From assembly GCA_964562155.1 (NCBI GenBank), contig CAZLRU010000001.1:9574-73573 (forward strand): a stretch of 64,000 bases of DNA. Direction: 5' to 3'. The first letter of the stretch is position 1, and each line of letters starts with the position of its first letter. Made by a program: the position numbers and the translations under genes. This DNA is from an uncultured Gammaproteobacteria bacterium (GTDB lineage Bacteria; Patescibacteriota; Patescibacteriia; 2-12-FULL-60-25). Shown one piece after another: positions 8,343-16,748 of this stretch. The notes below the pieces were generated by a model. That model had not been told where the DNA came from. It ran no database searches and saw only the letters and a list, made by a program, of their open reading frames with translations.

Positions 8343-8879
8343 TCAGGTGGAGAGGAAGATGTGGGCCATGACCTTGATCAGGGTTCTTGCCTCCTCTTCT
8401 GTGAGTTCAGTTTTCGAGAACAGCGCGTTGCGTTGGGCTTCGGGGATGCCTGTCAGCTCATCGCTGTTTCGGTACTCTTCGGTGTAGGGTCCCGCGCTGA
8501 GGTAGAACGCGCTTCCCTTGGGGCGGTCCTCGTCGAAACTCGCCCCGATACTGAGCACTGGTCGAGTGCGAGCTATGTAGGTCTGTTCTTCCGTCCCCTC
8601 ATCCTCATCATGGTGGGGCAGATTGAGGGAGAGGTGAGCCTCTACGCACACGTAGTCGGGGCTGATCGACAGGTTCCAGCCGATCCGGGTCTCGGATGCT
8701 GCGAAGTGCGACCCCGAATCACCCTCTTTGGTCCCGTAATCTGCGAAACAGAGCGTGTCTGTTGCGCCGTCTACGACCCTTGTCGATCGATCTTGGACGA
8801 TCCCCAGGCTGCTCAGGATCTCTTCGACCCATGCCAGTCTCTGACGAGCTGGCTCCACATACTGCAGTGCTTGGTGCAT
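8343..8879 (-). CDS. Hypothetical protein with foreign (C-ending) codon usage
   Basis: 178-aa ORF, convergent with the exporter operon. I recognise no domain. It uses ATC/CTG/CTC/TTC/TAC/GAC codons strongly, and hand-counted lines give about 57-63% GC. A long antisense ORF (8361..8984) is typical of GC-rich coding DNA. Confidence 0.6.
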   Translation of the reverse strand: MHQALQYVEPARQRLAWVEEILSSLGIVQDRSTRVVDGATDTLCFADYGTKEGDSGSHFAASETRIGWNLSISPDYVCVEAHLSLNLPHHDEDEGTEEQTYIARTRPVLSIGASFDEDRPKGSAFYLSAGPYTEEYRNSDELTGIPEAQRNALFSKTELTEEEARTLIKVMAHIFLST

Positions 8880-8931
8880 GACGTTCCTTTCGAGCTCATT
8901 TATTACACGTTTTCTCTTATTTGTCTAGATA

Positions 8932-8960
8932 TTGACAGGCTTCAGAGAACTTTTTATAGT
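8932..8960 (+). promoter_or_regulatory. Near-consensus sigma70 promoter of the hrcA operon
   Basis: TTGACA (8932-8937), 17-nt spacer, TATAGT (8955-8960), immediately upstream of CIRCE. Confidence 0.6.
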
Positions 8961-8964
8961 GTCA

Positions 8965-8991
8965 TTAGCACTCGACATATTTGAGTGCTAG
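8965..8991 (+). promoter_or_regulatory. CIRCE operator (HrcA binding site)
   Basis: TTAGCACTC-gacatattt-GAGTGCTAG against the consensus TTAGCACTC-N9-GAGTGCTAA; one mismatch. Confidence 0.85.
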
Positions 8992-8994
8992 AGC

Positions 8995-9681
8995 ATGGAA
9001 CAGCGACTTTTGGAGTTGTTACGACTGGTGGTTGAGGACTATGTGGCCACCGGGGAACCGGTTGGGTCACAGCGCTTAGTCGAGGAATGTCGATTAGACG
9101 TGAGTCCCGCAACCGTGCGTAACTGGTTTACCGAACTTGAAGAGCTTGGTTGTTTAATGCAGCCTCATACTTCAGGTGGTCGTATTCCAACGGAAAAGGG
9201 GTTTCAAGCTTATGTTGAGGCCTTTATTCAGCTAAAACCAGCAGCGAAACGGGATCATGAGGTGTTGGCGCAAGCGCTGCAGGCCCCCGCTCCTGAATCG
9301 GCTCGAGTGAAAGCCTTGGCCAAGTTATTGGCTGATCGATCCGGACAGGCCGTGGTTGTGGGGTTAGAACGAGCGGATACGTTTTATACAGGGTTGTCTC
9401 AATTGTTTAGTCAACCCGAATTCAAGCAGTGGCAAAGGGTAGTAACGCTCACGGAGATTCTTGATCATTTAGATGAGGTGCTGGGAGGTTTGCGGCGGAG
9501 TTCGTATGAACAGCCTAGCATTCTTTTGGGTCGAGCTTGTCCCTTTGGGGCTATCTGTGGGAGTACGGTGATCTCCCTCAGCGATCGTGCCTTTATCGGT
9601 ATTCTTGGTCCGCTTCGGATGGATTATCAACACGCAACATCGTTACTTCTTTCTTCAAAACAATTGTTTTCTCAAACATAA
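8995..9681 (+). CDS. hrcA: Heat-inducible transcription repressor HrcA (short form, 228 aa)
   Basis: The N-terminal winged-helix region LLELLRLVVEDYVATGEPVGSQRLVEECRLDVSPATVRNWFTELEELGCLMQPHTSGGRIPTEKG matches HrcA. A CIRCE site lies directly upstream. Confidence 0.85.
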   Translation: MEQRLLELLRLVVEDYVATGEPVGSQRLVEECRLDVSPATVRNWFTELEELGCLMQPHTSGGRIPTEKGFQAYVEAFIQLKPAAKRDHEVLAQALQAPAPESARVKALAKLLADRSGQAVVVGLERADTFYTGLSQLFSQPEFKQWQRVVTLTEILDHLDEVLGGLRRSSYEQPSILLGRACPFGAICGSTVISLSDRAFIGILGPLRMDYQHATSLLLSSKQLFSQT

Positions 9682-9688
9682 AAACTCT

Positions 9689-10228
9689 ATGGATCAATCA
9701 ACGGATATTGTGCAGGAGCCACTTGAGCCACAGCCGCTCGCGAGTGACGCGGCACAGTCTGAGCAGGACAGATCTTCTTGCCTTTCTTGCGAAGAGTACA
9801 TGGCTGGGTGGAAACGAGCGCAGGCGGACTATCAAAATCTAAAACGAGAGGTCGATAAAGAGCGATCAGAAATGGCGAAATACGCTAATGAACGACTGCT
9901 CTCCGATCTTCTTCCTGCAATTGATCAATTTGGAATCGCACTTCGATTCACACCTGATACCTCTCACTTGCCCGAGGATCAGAAAAAGATCTGGGATAAC
10001 TGGTTGGTGGGTGTGCGGGCGGTACAGTCGCTTTGGGATCGTGTCGGTGGTGATGTTGGTCTTGAGCGGATTTCGACCGATGGCGCGTTTGATCCTTCTC
10101 TTCACGACGCGGCTGGGGAAGAGGTGGTTGAGGGAAAGGACCCCGGAGCGATCGTAAAAGTCCTGCAAGATGGCTGGAGGTTTCATGGAAAGGTTCTTCG
10201 TCCAGCGAGAGTGATCGTAGCAAAATAA
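9689..10228 (+). CDS. grpE: Nucleotide exchange factor GrpE
   Basis: Start MDQSTDIV at 9689; the track ORF from 9587 overlaps hrcA. The motifs YQNLKREVDKER, LLPAIDQF and GWRFHGKVLRPARV are GrpE-like. Confidence 0.9.
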   Translation: MDQSTDIVQEPLEPQPLASDAAQSEQDRSSCLSCEEYMAGWKRAQADYQNLKREVDKERSEMAKYANERLLSDLLPAIDQFGIALRFTPDTSHLPEDQKKIWDNWLVGVRAVQSLWDRVGGDVGLERISTDGAFDPSLHDAAGEEVVEGKDPGAIVKVLQDGWRFHGKVLRPARVIVAK

Positions 10229-10253
10229 TACTTTACTCTTATTTTATTCTCCT

Positions 10254-10685
10254 ATGGCCTTAGTGAAATGGTCCCCGTTCTTCTTCGAGCCGTTTGACTC
10301 GATGGATAAGATGTTTGATGACATGCCCTCAGGCATGACCTCGCGTACGGGGGGAAGCATTATTCCACCGGTAGACATCTATGAGACGGAGGAGGCGGTG
10401 GTGGTTGAGACCCCAATGCCGGGAGTTGATCCGGATCAGCTTCAGATCTCCATCGATAACGGAGTACTTACCATGAAGGGGACGAGTGAACGAAAAACGG
10501 AGGTTGATGATAAGAATTACTACCGTAAGGAGGTCCGGACGGGTTCGTTGTTCCGACAGGTTCCGTTGCCTGCTCGGGTACAAGAGGGAGAGGCGCAAGC
10601 TTCATTTGAAAACGGGATTCTCAAAATTATCTTGCCAAAAGCGCAGGAACGAAAAGCGATTAACGTCAAAATTACTAAAAAATAA
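10254..10685 (+). CDS. Hsp20/alpha-crystallin family small heat-shock protein
   Basis: 143 aa. [39 protein letters not shown] ... [12 protein letters not shown] is a typical alpha-crystallin domain. Confidence 0.9.
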   Translation: MALVKWSPFFFEPFDSMDKMFDDMPSGMTSRTGGSIIPPVDIYETEEAVVVETPMPGVDPDQLQISIDNGVLTMKGTSERKTEVDDKNYYRKEVRTGSLFRQVPLPARVQEGEAQASFENGILKIILPKAQERKAINVKITKK

Positions 10686-10696
10686 ATTCATCATCT

Positions 10697-12622
10697 ATGC
10701 CTAAAATTCTTGGAATCGATCTTGGGACGACGAACTCGTGTTTTGCGGTGGTCGAAGGGGGCCAGCCAAAGGTGCTTGAGAACAGCGAGGGTGCACGTAC
10801 CACTCCTTCTATCGTGGCTTCGTCTAAAACCGGCGAACGATTGGTCGGGCAGGTCGCTAAGCGTCAGGCGGTTGTTAATCCCAAGAACACCTTGTTTTCT
10901 GTGAAGCGCCTTATTGGTCGTCGATTTGATGATGCGGAAGTGCAGCGCGATAAACAGTGGTTGCCCTATGAACTTAAAAAGCATGGCGAGGGTGTTTCCA
11001 TTGTCTTTGGTGATAAGGAGTGTTCACCTGAAGAGATCTCGGCCATGATTTTGCAGAAATTGAAGGCTGATGCAGAAGCGCGTTTGGGCGAGAAAATTAC
11101 TGAGGCGGTGATTACGGTGCCGGCCTATTTTGATGATTCTCAACGCCAGGCAACCAAGATCGCGGGTGAAATTGCTGGTTTGAATGTTCGTCGTATTATT
11201 AATGAGCCAACGGCCGCCGCGCTTGCTTATGGGTTTGACCGTAAGAAGGATGAAAAGATTGTCGTTTACGACCTAGGCGGTGGAACGTTTGATGTGTCGG
11301 TGCTTGAGGTTGCGTATGATGCCACGACGAGTCAGAACACGATTGAGGTGCGTGCGACAAACGGTGATACGCATCTTGGAGGTGACGACTTTGATCAAGT
11401 GATCATTAAATGGATCGTGGAGGAGTTTAAGAAATCGGATGGTGTCGATTTGAGCAAGGATTCTTTGGCATTACAACGTATTAAGGATGCGGCGGAAAAA
11501 GCCAAGATTGAGCTTTCGAGTGCCATGGAGACGGAGATCAACCAGCCGTTTATTACCAGTGATGCGAATGGCCCTCGCCATCTTTTGTTGAAGTTGAGTC
11601 GTGCCAAGATGGAGCAATTGGTCGGGGAATTGGTGGAAAAGACCTTGGTTCCCTGTAAGAAGGCGTTGGCGGATGCGAAATTGACTGCCGCGGATATCAA
11701 CGAGGTGATTTTGGTTGGTGGCATGACGCGTATGCCGCTTGTTATTCAGACCGTTGAAAAATTCTTTGGAAAGAAACCAAATGCTTCTGTGAATCCTGAT
11801 GAGGTGGTGGCTGTTGGGGCGGCTGTACAAGCTGGCAATTTGCAGGGTGATATTAAGGGTGAACTGCTCTTGCTTGATGTGACGCCATTGTCATTCGGGA
11901 TTGAAACCTTGGGCGCGGTTATGACCAAGGTCATTGAACGAAACACAACGATTCCTACTTCAAAATCCCAGATTTTTTCCACGGCGGCTGATGGACAGAC
12001 CTCTGTTGAGGTTCATGTTTTGCAAGGTGAACGCGAAATGGCGAACGATAATCGTTCGTTGGGACGATTTACCTTGTCCGGTATTCCTCCAGCTCCTCGT
12101 GGGGTGCCTCAGGTTGAAGTGTCTTTTGATGTGGATGCCAACGGAATTCTTAATGTGAAAGCTCGAGATAAAGCCAGCGGCAAGGAGCAAATGATTACGA
12201 TTGCTGCTTCAACCAACCTTTCCAAAGAAGAGATTGAACGCATGCGTAAAGATGCAGAGTTGCATGCCGATGAAGACAAGAAGCGCCGTGAAGGAATCGA
12301 GGTGAAAAACATGGCGGAGACCATGATTTACACGACGGAAAAGATGTTGAAAGAGAATGCTGAAAAGGTGAAGGCGGAAGATAAGGCCGAAGTTGAGGCG
12401 AAGATGGAAGAGCTTAAGAAGGTTAAGGATGGTGAAGATTTGGAAGCGATTAAGAAAGTGGCGGATGAGTTAGCAACCGTTGCTCAAAAAGTCGGCGCCG
12501 CTCTTTACCAGACGCGTCCGGAGACGGAGGCGGGCCCTGCGGGTGATGCCGGAGCAACGGGTGCTCATGAACAGCCAACGGAAGGTGCGGGTACGGATCA
12601 GCAGCCACCAAGTTCTTCTTAG
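10697..12622 (+). CDS. dnaK: Molecular chaperone DnaK (Hsp70)
   Basis: 641 aa. The Hsp70 signatures [21 protein letters not shown] and [10 protein letters not shown] are present. Confidence 0.98.
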   Translation: MPKILGIDLGTTNSCFAVVEGGQPKVLENSEGARTTPSIVASSKTGERLVGQVAKRQAVVNPKNTLFSVKRLIGRRFDDAEVQRDKQWLPYELKKHGEGVSIVFGDKECSPEEISAMILQKLKADAEARLGEKITEAVITVPAYFDDSQRQATKIAGEIAGLNVRRIINEPTAAALAYGFDRKKDEKIVVYDLGGGTFDVSVLEVAYDATTSQNTIEVRATNGDTHLGGDDFDQVIIKWIVEEFKKSDGVDLSKDSLALQRIKDAAEKAKIELSSAMETEINQPFITSDANGPRHLLLKLSRAKMEQLVGELVEKTLVPCKKALADAKLTAADINEVILVGGMTRMPLVIQTVEKFFGKKPNASVNPDEVVAVGAAVQAGNLQGDIKGELLLLDVTPLSFGIETLGAVMTKVIERNTTIPTSKSQIFSTAADGQTSVEVHVLQGEREMANDNRSLGRFTLSGIPPAPRGVPQVEVSFDVDANGILNVKARDKASGKEQMITIAASTNLSKEEIERMRKDAELHADEDKKRREGIEVKNMAETMIYTTEKMLKENAEKVKAEDKAEVEAKMEELKKVKDGEDLEAIKKVADELATVAQKVGAALYQTRPETEAGPAGDAGATGAHEQPTEGAGTDQQPPSSS

Positions 12623-12635
12623 GTCTTGGCGTTTC

Positions 12636-12772
12636 GCGAACGACTGAATTGTTTTTTTGCCTGCGGAACTCGCTTTCCTTCCGAATCGGAGCTCTTCCTT
12701 CTGGCGTAACGACCGCATCGGAATAGCTCCTAGCTCAGACAGTCTTCGGTAAAACACAATTCAGTCGTTCGC
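12636..12772. repeat. 137-nt element bounded by a perfect 17-bp inverted repeat (rod-like hairpin, MITE-like or sRNA-like)
   Basis: GCGAACGACTGAATTGT (12636-12652) is the exact reverse complement of ACAATTCAGTCGTTCGC (12756-12772). The interior has nested complementary arms (GGAGCT/AGCTCC, TTCC/GGAA, GCG/CGC). Confidence 0.6.
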
Positions 12773-12797
12773 TTCACTGTGTATTCTTGGTGATTAT

Positions 12798-13274
12798 ATG
12801 TCTTCCTCCGTCTTCGATCGTATTCGTATCAAGCTTGATGCTGCTCAAGTCGTTTATGACGTTTCGCGGCATCCGGCGGTCACGACGAGTGAGGAAGCGG
12901 CTCGGATGCGCGGGGTAGATTTGCACACGGGTGCTAAGGCGTTGGTTATGCAGGGTGATAAAACCGGGAGACTTATTTTATTCGTTCTGCCGGCTGATCT
13001 CCGACTGGATAAGAAAAAAGCAAAGACCTTATTTGAGGAATCGTTTTCATTTGCTGCAGATCCAGAACTGGTTACGGGATGTGTAAAAGGGTCGGTGCCC
13101 CCATTTGGGTCCGTGGTTGGATTGATCACCTATTGCGACCAACGGTTAGCTGAGAATGAATATATTAACTTCAATGCAGGGAGTCTGACGGATTCGATTC
13201 GGATGAGATACGAGGACTATCTAAAGGTTGAGGTGCCTAATATGGTTGATATCGCTGAAGTAGATTCAAAATAA
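12798..13274 (+). CDS. YbaK/ProX-type aminoacyl-tRNA trans-editing (deacylase) domain protein
   Basis: 158 aa. HPAVTTSEEAARMRGVDLHTGAKALVM ... GSVPPFG resembles the YbaK/EbsC/ProX family. Confidence 0.75.
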   Translation: MSSSVFDRIRIKLDAAQVVYDVSRHPAVTTSEEAARMRGVDLHTGAKALVMQGDKTGRLILFVLPADLRLDKKKAKTLFEESFSFAADPELVTGCVKGSVPPFGSVVGLITYCDQRLAENEYINFNAGSLTDSIRMRYEDYLKVEVPNMVDIAEVDSK

Positions 13275-13283
13275 TGTTTTCTT

Positions 13284-13538
13284 ATGAATATTCAAGCTCC
13301 TGAAGGATCGCTTGGTGGGAAGTATGCCAATATGATGCAGGTGACGCATACGCCTGAGGAGTTTGTGTTGGATTTTATTTCCGCTTTTCCTCCTGGCGGT
13401 GAGCTTGTGTCGCGGTTGATTGTGAGTCCGCGTCATATGAAGCGGATTTTGGGGGTGCTTGCTCAGAACGTGCATAACTACGAGAATACGCATGGTCCTA
13501 TTCAGGAGGCGTCAGAACCAAAGCTTTTGAATGCATAA
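13284..13538 (+). CDS. DUF3467-like small protein
   Basis: 84 aa. YANMMQVTHTPEEFVLDFISAFPPG...SRLIVSPRHMKRIL matches my memory of the DUF3467 family. Tentative. Confidence 0.6.
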   Translation: MNIQAPEGSLGGKYANMMQVTHTPEEFVLDFISAFPPGGELVSRLIVSPRHMKRILGVLAQNVHNYENTHGPIQEASEPKLLNA

Positions 13539-13544
13539 TTTATC

Positions 13545-14657
13545 ATGGCCAAAGATTACTACTCTATTCTCGGCGTTCAGAAGGGCGCTTCAGAGGATGA
13601 AATAAAGAAAGCGTTTCGACGTCTTGCGCATGAGCATCATCCGGATAAGGGTGGTGATCAGCAGAAATTTAAGGACGTGAACGAGGCGTATCAGGTTTTG
13701 GGTGACAAGCAAAAGCGTGCCACCTATGATCAGTTTGGTTCGGCTGCTTTTGAGCAGGGTGGTGGAGCTGGACCTGGTGGATTTGGTGGATTTGGCGGCG
13801 GTGGATTTGGTGGATTTGATTTTAATGACATGGGAGGGGCGGAAGGATTTGGGGATTTGGGGGATGTATTAGGACAGATGTTTGGTTTTGGATTTGGGGG
13901 AGGCGGAAGAGGGGGAGGTGCGCGGCAGGCGCGAGGGAAAGATGTGGAGGTGGAAGTTGAGTTGAGTTTTCGTGAGGCGGTTTTTGGTGTGGAGAAGCCG
14001 ATTAAATCATATAAACATGCTACGTGCTCTCGCTGTCAGGGAGAGGGGGCTGAACCTGGGAGTAAAGTGGTAGATTGTAAGACGTGTCAGGGCACGGGGC
14101 AGGTTCGTCAGGCGCAGCGGACTCCATTTGGGACGGTTCAGATGTCCTCTGTTTGCTCTGATTGTCACGGTCGAGGGAAAAAACCGGAAAAAGCCTGCAA
14201 CCTTTGCCGTGGGATTGGGGTAGAGCGTCGTGAGGAAAAGGTTGCGATCGCGATTCCGGCCGGAATTGCTGGAGGAGAGACGCTAAAAGTCCCCGGACAA
14301 GGGGAGGCGGCTCCCTATGGAGGAAAGGCTGGAGATTTATACGTGCGTATTCGCACCAAGAGCGATCCCCATTTCGAGCGTGATGGAAACACGATTATCT
14401 CGGAAGTATTTGCGCCATTTACCACGATGACGTTGGGAGGAACGATTGAGGTGGATACCTTGGATGGAAAAACGACACTGAAGATTAACGAAGGAACGCC
14501 CCCGGGGAGCGTGTTTACCTTGCGTGGGAAGGGTGTGCCGTATGTGCGATCAGGCGGGCGAGGTGATCAATTGGTGCGCGTGCAGCCCGAGGTGCCGAAG
14601 AAGTTAACCAGGGAGCAGAAACGGATTTTAGAAGAGTTAAAAAAAGAGGGGATTTAA
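13545..14657 (+). CDS. dnaJ: Molecular chaperone DnaJ
   Basis: It has a J-domain with HPD (AHEHHPDKGGD), a Gly/Phe-rich linker, and four CxxCxGxG zinc-finger motifs. Confidence 0.97.
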   Translation: MAKDYYSILGVQKGASEDEIKKAFRRLAHEHHPDKGGDQQKFKDVNEAYQVLGDKQKRATYDQFGSAAFEQGGGAGPGGFGGFGGGGFGGFDFNDMGGAEGFGDLGDVLGQMFGFGFGGGGRGGGARQARGKDVEVEVELSFREAVFGVEKPIKSYKHATCSRCQGEGAEPGSKVVDCKTCQGTGQVRQAQRTPFGTVQMSSVCSDCHGRGKKPEKACNLCRGIGVERREEKVAIAIPAGIAGGETLKVPGQGEAAPYGGKAGDLYVRIRTKSDPHFERDGNTIISEVFAPFTTMTLGGTIEVDTLDGKTTLKINEGTPPGSVFTLRGKGVPYVRSGGRGDQLVRVQPEVPKKLTREQKRILEELKKEGI

Positions 14658-14670
14658 CCCCCTCTTTTTT
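14641..14670. terminator. Bidirectional terminator between convergent dnaJ and 14669..15091
   Basis: AAAAAGAGGGG-ATTTAA-CCCCCTCTTTTTT. The dnaJ stop codon lies in the loop. Confidence 0.6.
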
Positions 14671-15091
14671 ATTTTGATGCCCCTTTATTTAATCGTTCTT
14701 TAATGGATAGCTCACATGAAGCGTCTTGAATTTGTTGATCGATGCGGGTTGAGGGTCTATTGCCTCCGTAGATCGATTGAAAGGGAGAGTATTTGTGGCA
14801 AAGGGCTAAGGCTTTTTCGTGATCTTGCGAGTAAATAGTGGCAGCGATATCTAGTGCGCATTCGAAGTCGATTCCGACGATCGTTTGTCCTTCGGTAGCT
14901 TGTGTTTTTTGTTTTACGCAGGTTTCAATCTTTGGTTTGAATTCACGCAATTTCCAATTCATCAAAGTTTGATCTATCTCTGGGCGTACGACTCGGTAGA
15001 TACCTGGCCCCATGATAATCAGCGCGCCTACGATTCCAATCAGGGTATTTGTCCAGTGTTTTTTTGGGGTAGCTGGTGTGGGTGTGTCCAT
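14669..15091 (-). CDS. Hypothetical membrane-anchored protein
   Basis: 140-aa ORF with one N-terminal TM helix (TLIGIVGALIIMGPGIY). No recognisable domain. Confidence 0.6.
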   Translation of the reverse strand: MDTPTPATPKKHWTNTLIGIVGALIIMGPGIYRVVRPEIDQTLMNWKLREFKPKIETCVKQKTQATEGQTIVGIDFECALDIAATIYSQDHEKALALCHKYSPFQSIYGGNRPSTRIDQQIQDASCELSIKERLNKGASK

Positions 15092-15140
15092 AATGACATG
15101 AGTGTATCACAGCTGTTTTTTTGTTCCATGCGTTTCGCGC

Positions 15141-15146
15141 TATACT
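15141..15146 (+). promoter_or_regulatory. Candidate -10 box (TATACT) positioned for a leaderless transcript
   Basis: The end of TATACT lies 7 nt upstream of the ATG at 15153, and there is no Shine-Dalgarno sequence in between. Confidence 0.3.
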
Positions 15147-15152
15147 GCTTGC

Positions 15153-15686
15153 ATGACAGAGGCTCTTTCTTTTCTTCGTGATTGGCTTGGGAATGCTTCG
15201 CATCATGTGTGGCTGTTGGTCGGGGTGATTGTGGGGATTTTGGCGTACGGGGTATTTGTGGGGCGGGATCGGATGGTGACGTTATTGCTCTCGATGTATT
15301 TATCATTGGCGGTGCTTACGAATGCGCCATTGGTTTCGACGGCGAGTCGATGGCTCCGTGTACAGGATCGGCCGATGCTTCAATTGGGTTGGTTTCTTGG
15401 ACTCTTTCTTTTCATGTTTTTTTTGTTGTGGCGTAGCGATATTTTGCGGGGGATGGCGTTTGAGCGAGGGAGTTGGTGGGAGTCGGTTTTATTGGTGGTT
15501 TTTCAGGTAGGATTGCTTGTGAGTATTATTTTTGTTCTTTTGCCTTCAACGTTTTTAGCTGCTATCCCCCAGGGGGTTACACAGGTTTTTTTAGGCGACG
15601 TTGGTCGCAGTTTTTGGTTGATCGGTCCGTTGCTTTTTTTGGCTTTTTTAGGGAGAGGGGGTGGGGGAGTGATGGATTTGGAGTAA
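15153..15686 (+). CDS. Hypothetical integral membrane protein
   Basis: The track ORF is 15102..15686; ATG 15153 (MTEALSFLRDW) is preferred. There are four or five hydrophobic segments. Confidence 0.6.
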   Translation: MTEALSFLRDWLGNASHHVWLLVGVIVGILAYGVFVGRDRMVTLLLSMYLSLAVLTNAPLVSTASRWLRVQDRPMLQLGWFLGLFLFMFFLLWRSDILRGMAFERGSWWESVLLVVFQVGLLVSIIFVLLPSTFLAAIPQGVTQVFLGDVGRSFWLIGPLLFLAFLGRGGGGVMDLE

Positions 15687-15696
15687 ACGTAACATT

Positions 15697-16227
15697 TTGA
15701 CGATTGAGCGGTATTTTGGTTATGTAGGAGGAATGAATCCCCAAGCGTTTGAAGGATTTTATCACACCTATGTGAAGCGGGTTTACCGTTTCGTGTTTTA
15801 TCGCGTCGGGGGTCGAGTTGAGCTAACACAAGATTTAACCCAAGAGATCTTTTTAAAAGCCTTTGAGGCATTTGATCGGTACGATCCAACGAAGAGTCAA
15901 TCGGCATGGATTTATACCATTGCTCGCAATCATCTTATTAATCATCATGCTAAACAACGTCCTCAGGTTGATGTTGAGGATGTGATTGATTCCCGGCTTG
16001 TCAGTGAAGATGGTCGGGAGGTGTTTGCTCGGGCGGATGATGATCAACGATTGTTGAGGGGGATTGATGGATTAGATACGGATGACGCGCGCTTGGTGCG
16101 GATGAAGTATCTTGAAGGCTGGGGATTTGATGAGTTGGCGGATATGTTGGGGAAGAGCTCCGGAGCTCTTCGGGTCCAAGCCGGTAGAGCATTAAAGAAG
16201 CTTCGTCACAGTCTTCATAAAAAATAA
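15697..16227 (+). CDS. ECF-type RNA polymerase sigma factor (sigma-70 family, group 4)
   Basis: Region 2 is LTQEIFLKAFEAFDRYDP...WIYTIARNHLINH and region 4 is RLVRMKYLEGWGFDELADMLGKSSGALRVQAGRALKKL. An alternative start is at 15733. Confidence 0.85.
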   Translation: MTIERYFGYVGGMNPQAFEGFYHTYVKRVYRFVFYRVGGRVELTQDLTQEIFLKAFEAFDRYDPTKSQSAWIYTIARNHLINHHAKQRPQVDVEDVIDSRLVSEDGREVFARADDDQRLLRGIDGLDTDDARLVRMKYLEGWGFDELADMLGKSSGALRVQAGRALKKLRHSLHKK

Positions 16228-16229
16228 CT

Positions 16230-16739
16230 ATGTCACTTTTTCTTCGCTTACATCTTCGTCGGCTCGCTAAACAAGCTGAGCCGTCTAAGGTGTTTTTGAA
16301 CCGACTCGAGACTCGGTTGTTTGAGCGTAAAGAGATTGTCTTGTGGCATCGTTCCCACCTGCTTCGTTTTGCGGTTGTTCCCGCTTTGTTGATTGTGACT
16401 TTGTTGGGTGGAACGGGAGCGTATGCCTATACGTCTGACCAGGTATTGCCCGATCATGTGCTCTATCCTTTGCGTAAGAGTATTGAGGGTTTTGAGGTGC
16501 AGATTGCTGCGGTGACACCGATGAAGGATCGTGTGCGTTTACGGTTACTTGAACGCCATGCACGTGAAAAACGCTTGCTTGAGGAAAAACAGGCCAAGGA
16601 AAAAGCGAGTGCAAAGACTACTAAATCCTCCACGGTTAAGGTTGTGCCTGTAAAAAATGCTCCTGTAAAAATGAATCCAGTAGCGCCTACGTCTACCAAG
16701 TCTTTTCCTCAAAAGGCCTCTGTAAAGAAGGGTTCTTAA
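16230..16739 (+). CDS. Single-pass membrane protein, candidate anti-sigma partner (DUF5667-like LYPLxK motif)
   Basis: It starts 3 nt after the sigma gene. It has one TM (FAVVPALLIVTLLGGTGAYAY) followed by DHVLYPLRKSIEGFE. The C-terminus is Lys/Ala/Pro-rich. Confidence 0.55.
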   Translation: MSLFLRLHLRRLAKQAEPSKVFLNRLETRLFERKEIVLWHRSHLLRFAVVPALLIVTLLGGTGAYAYTSDQVLPDHVLYPLRKSIEGFEVQIAAVTPMKDRVRLRLLERHAREKRLLEEKQAKEKASAKTTKSSTVKVVPVKNAPVKMNPVAPTSTKSFPQKASVKKGS

Positions 16740-16748
16740 CAATCTTAT

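Noticed and set aside
8361-8984. 207-aa plus-strand ORF overlapping 8343..8879 and the hrcA promoter/CIRCE
   Set aside because: It runs through the hrcA promoter and operator. It is the antisense shadow of a GC-rich gene and its sequence is low-complexity and Cys/Arg-rich.
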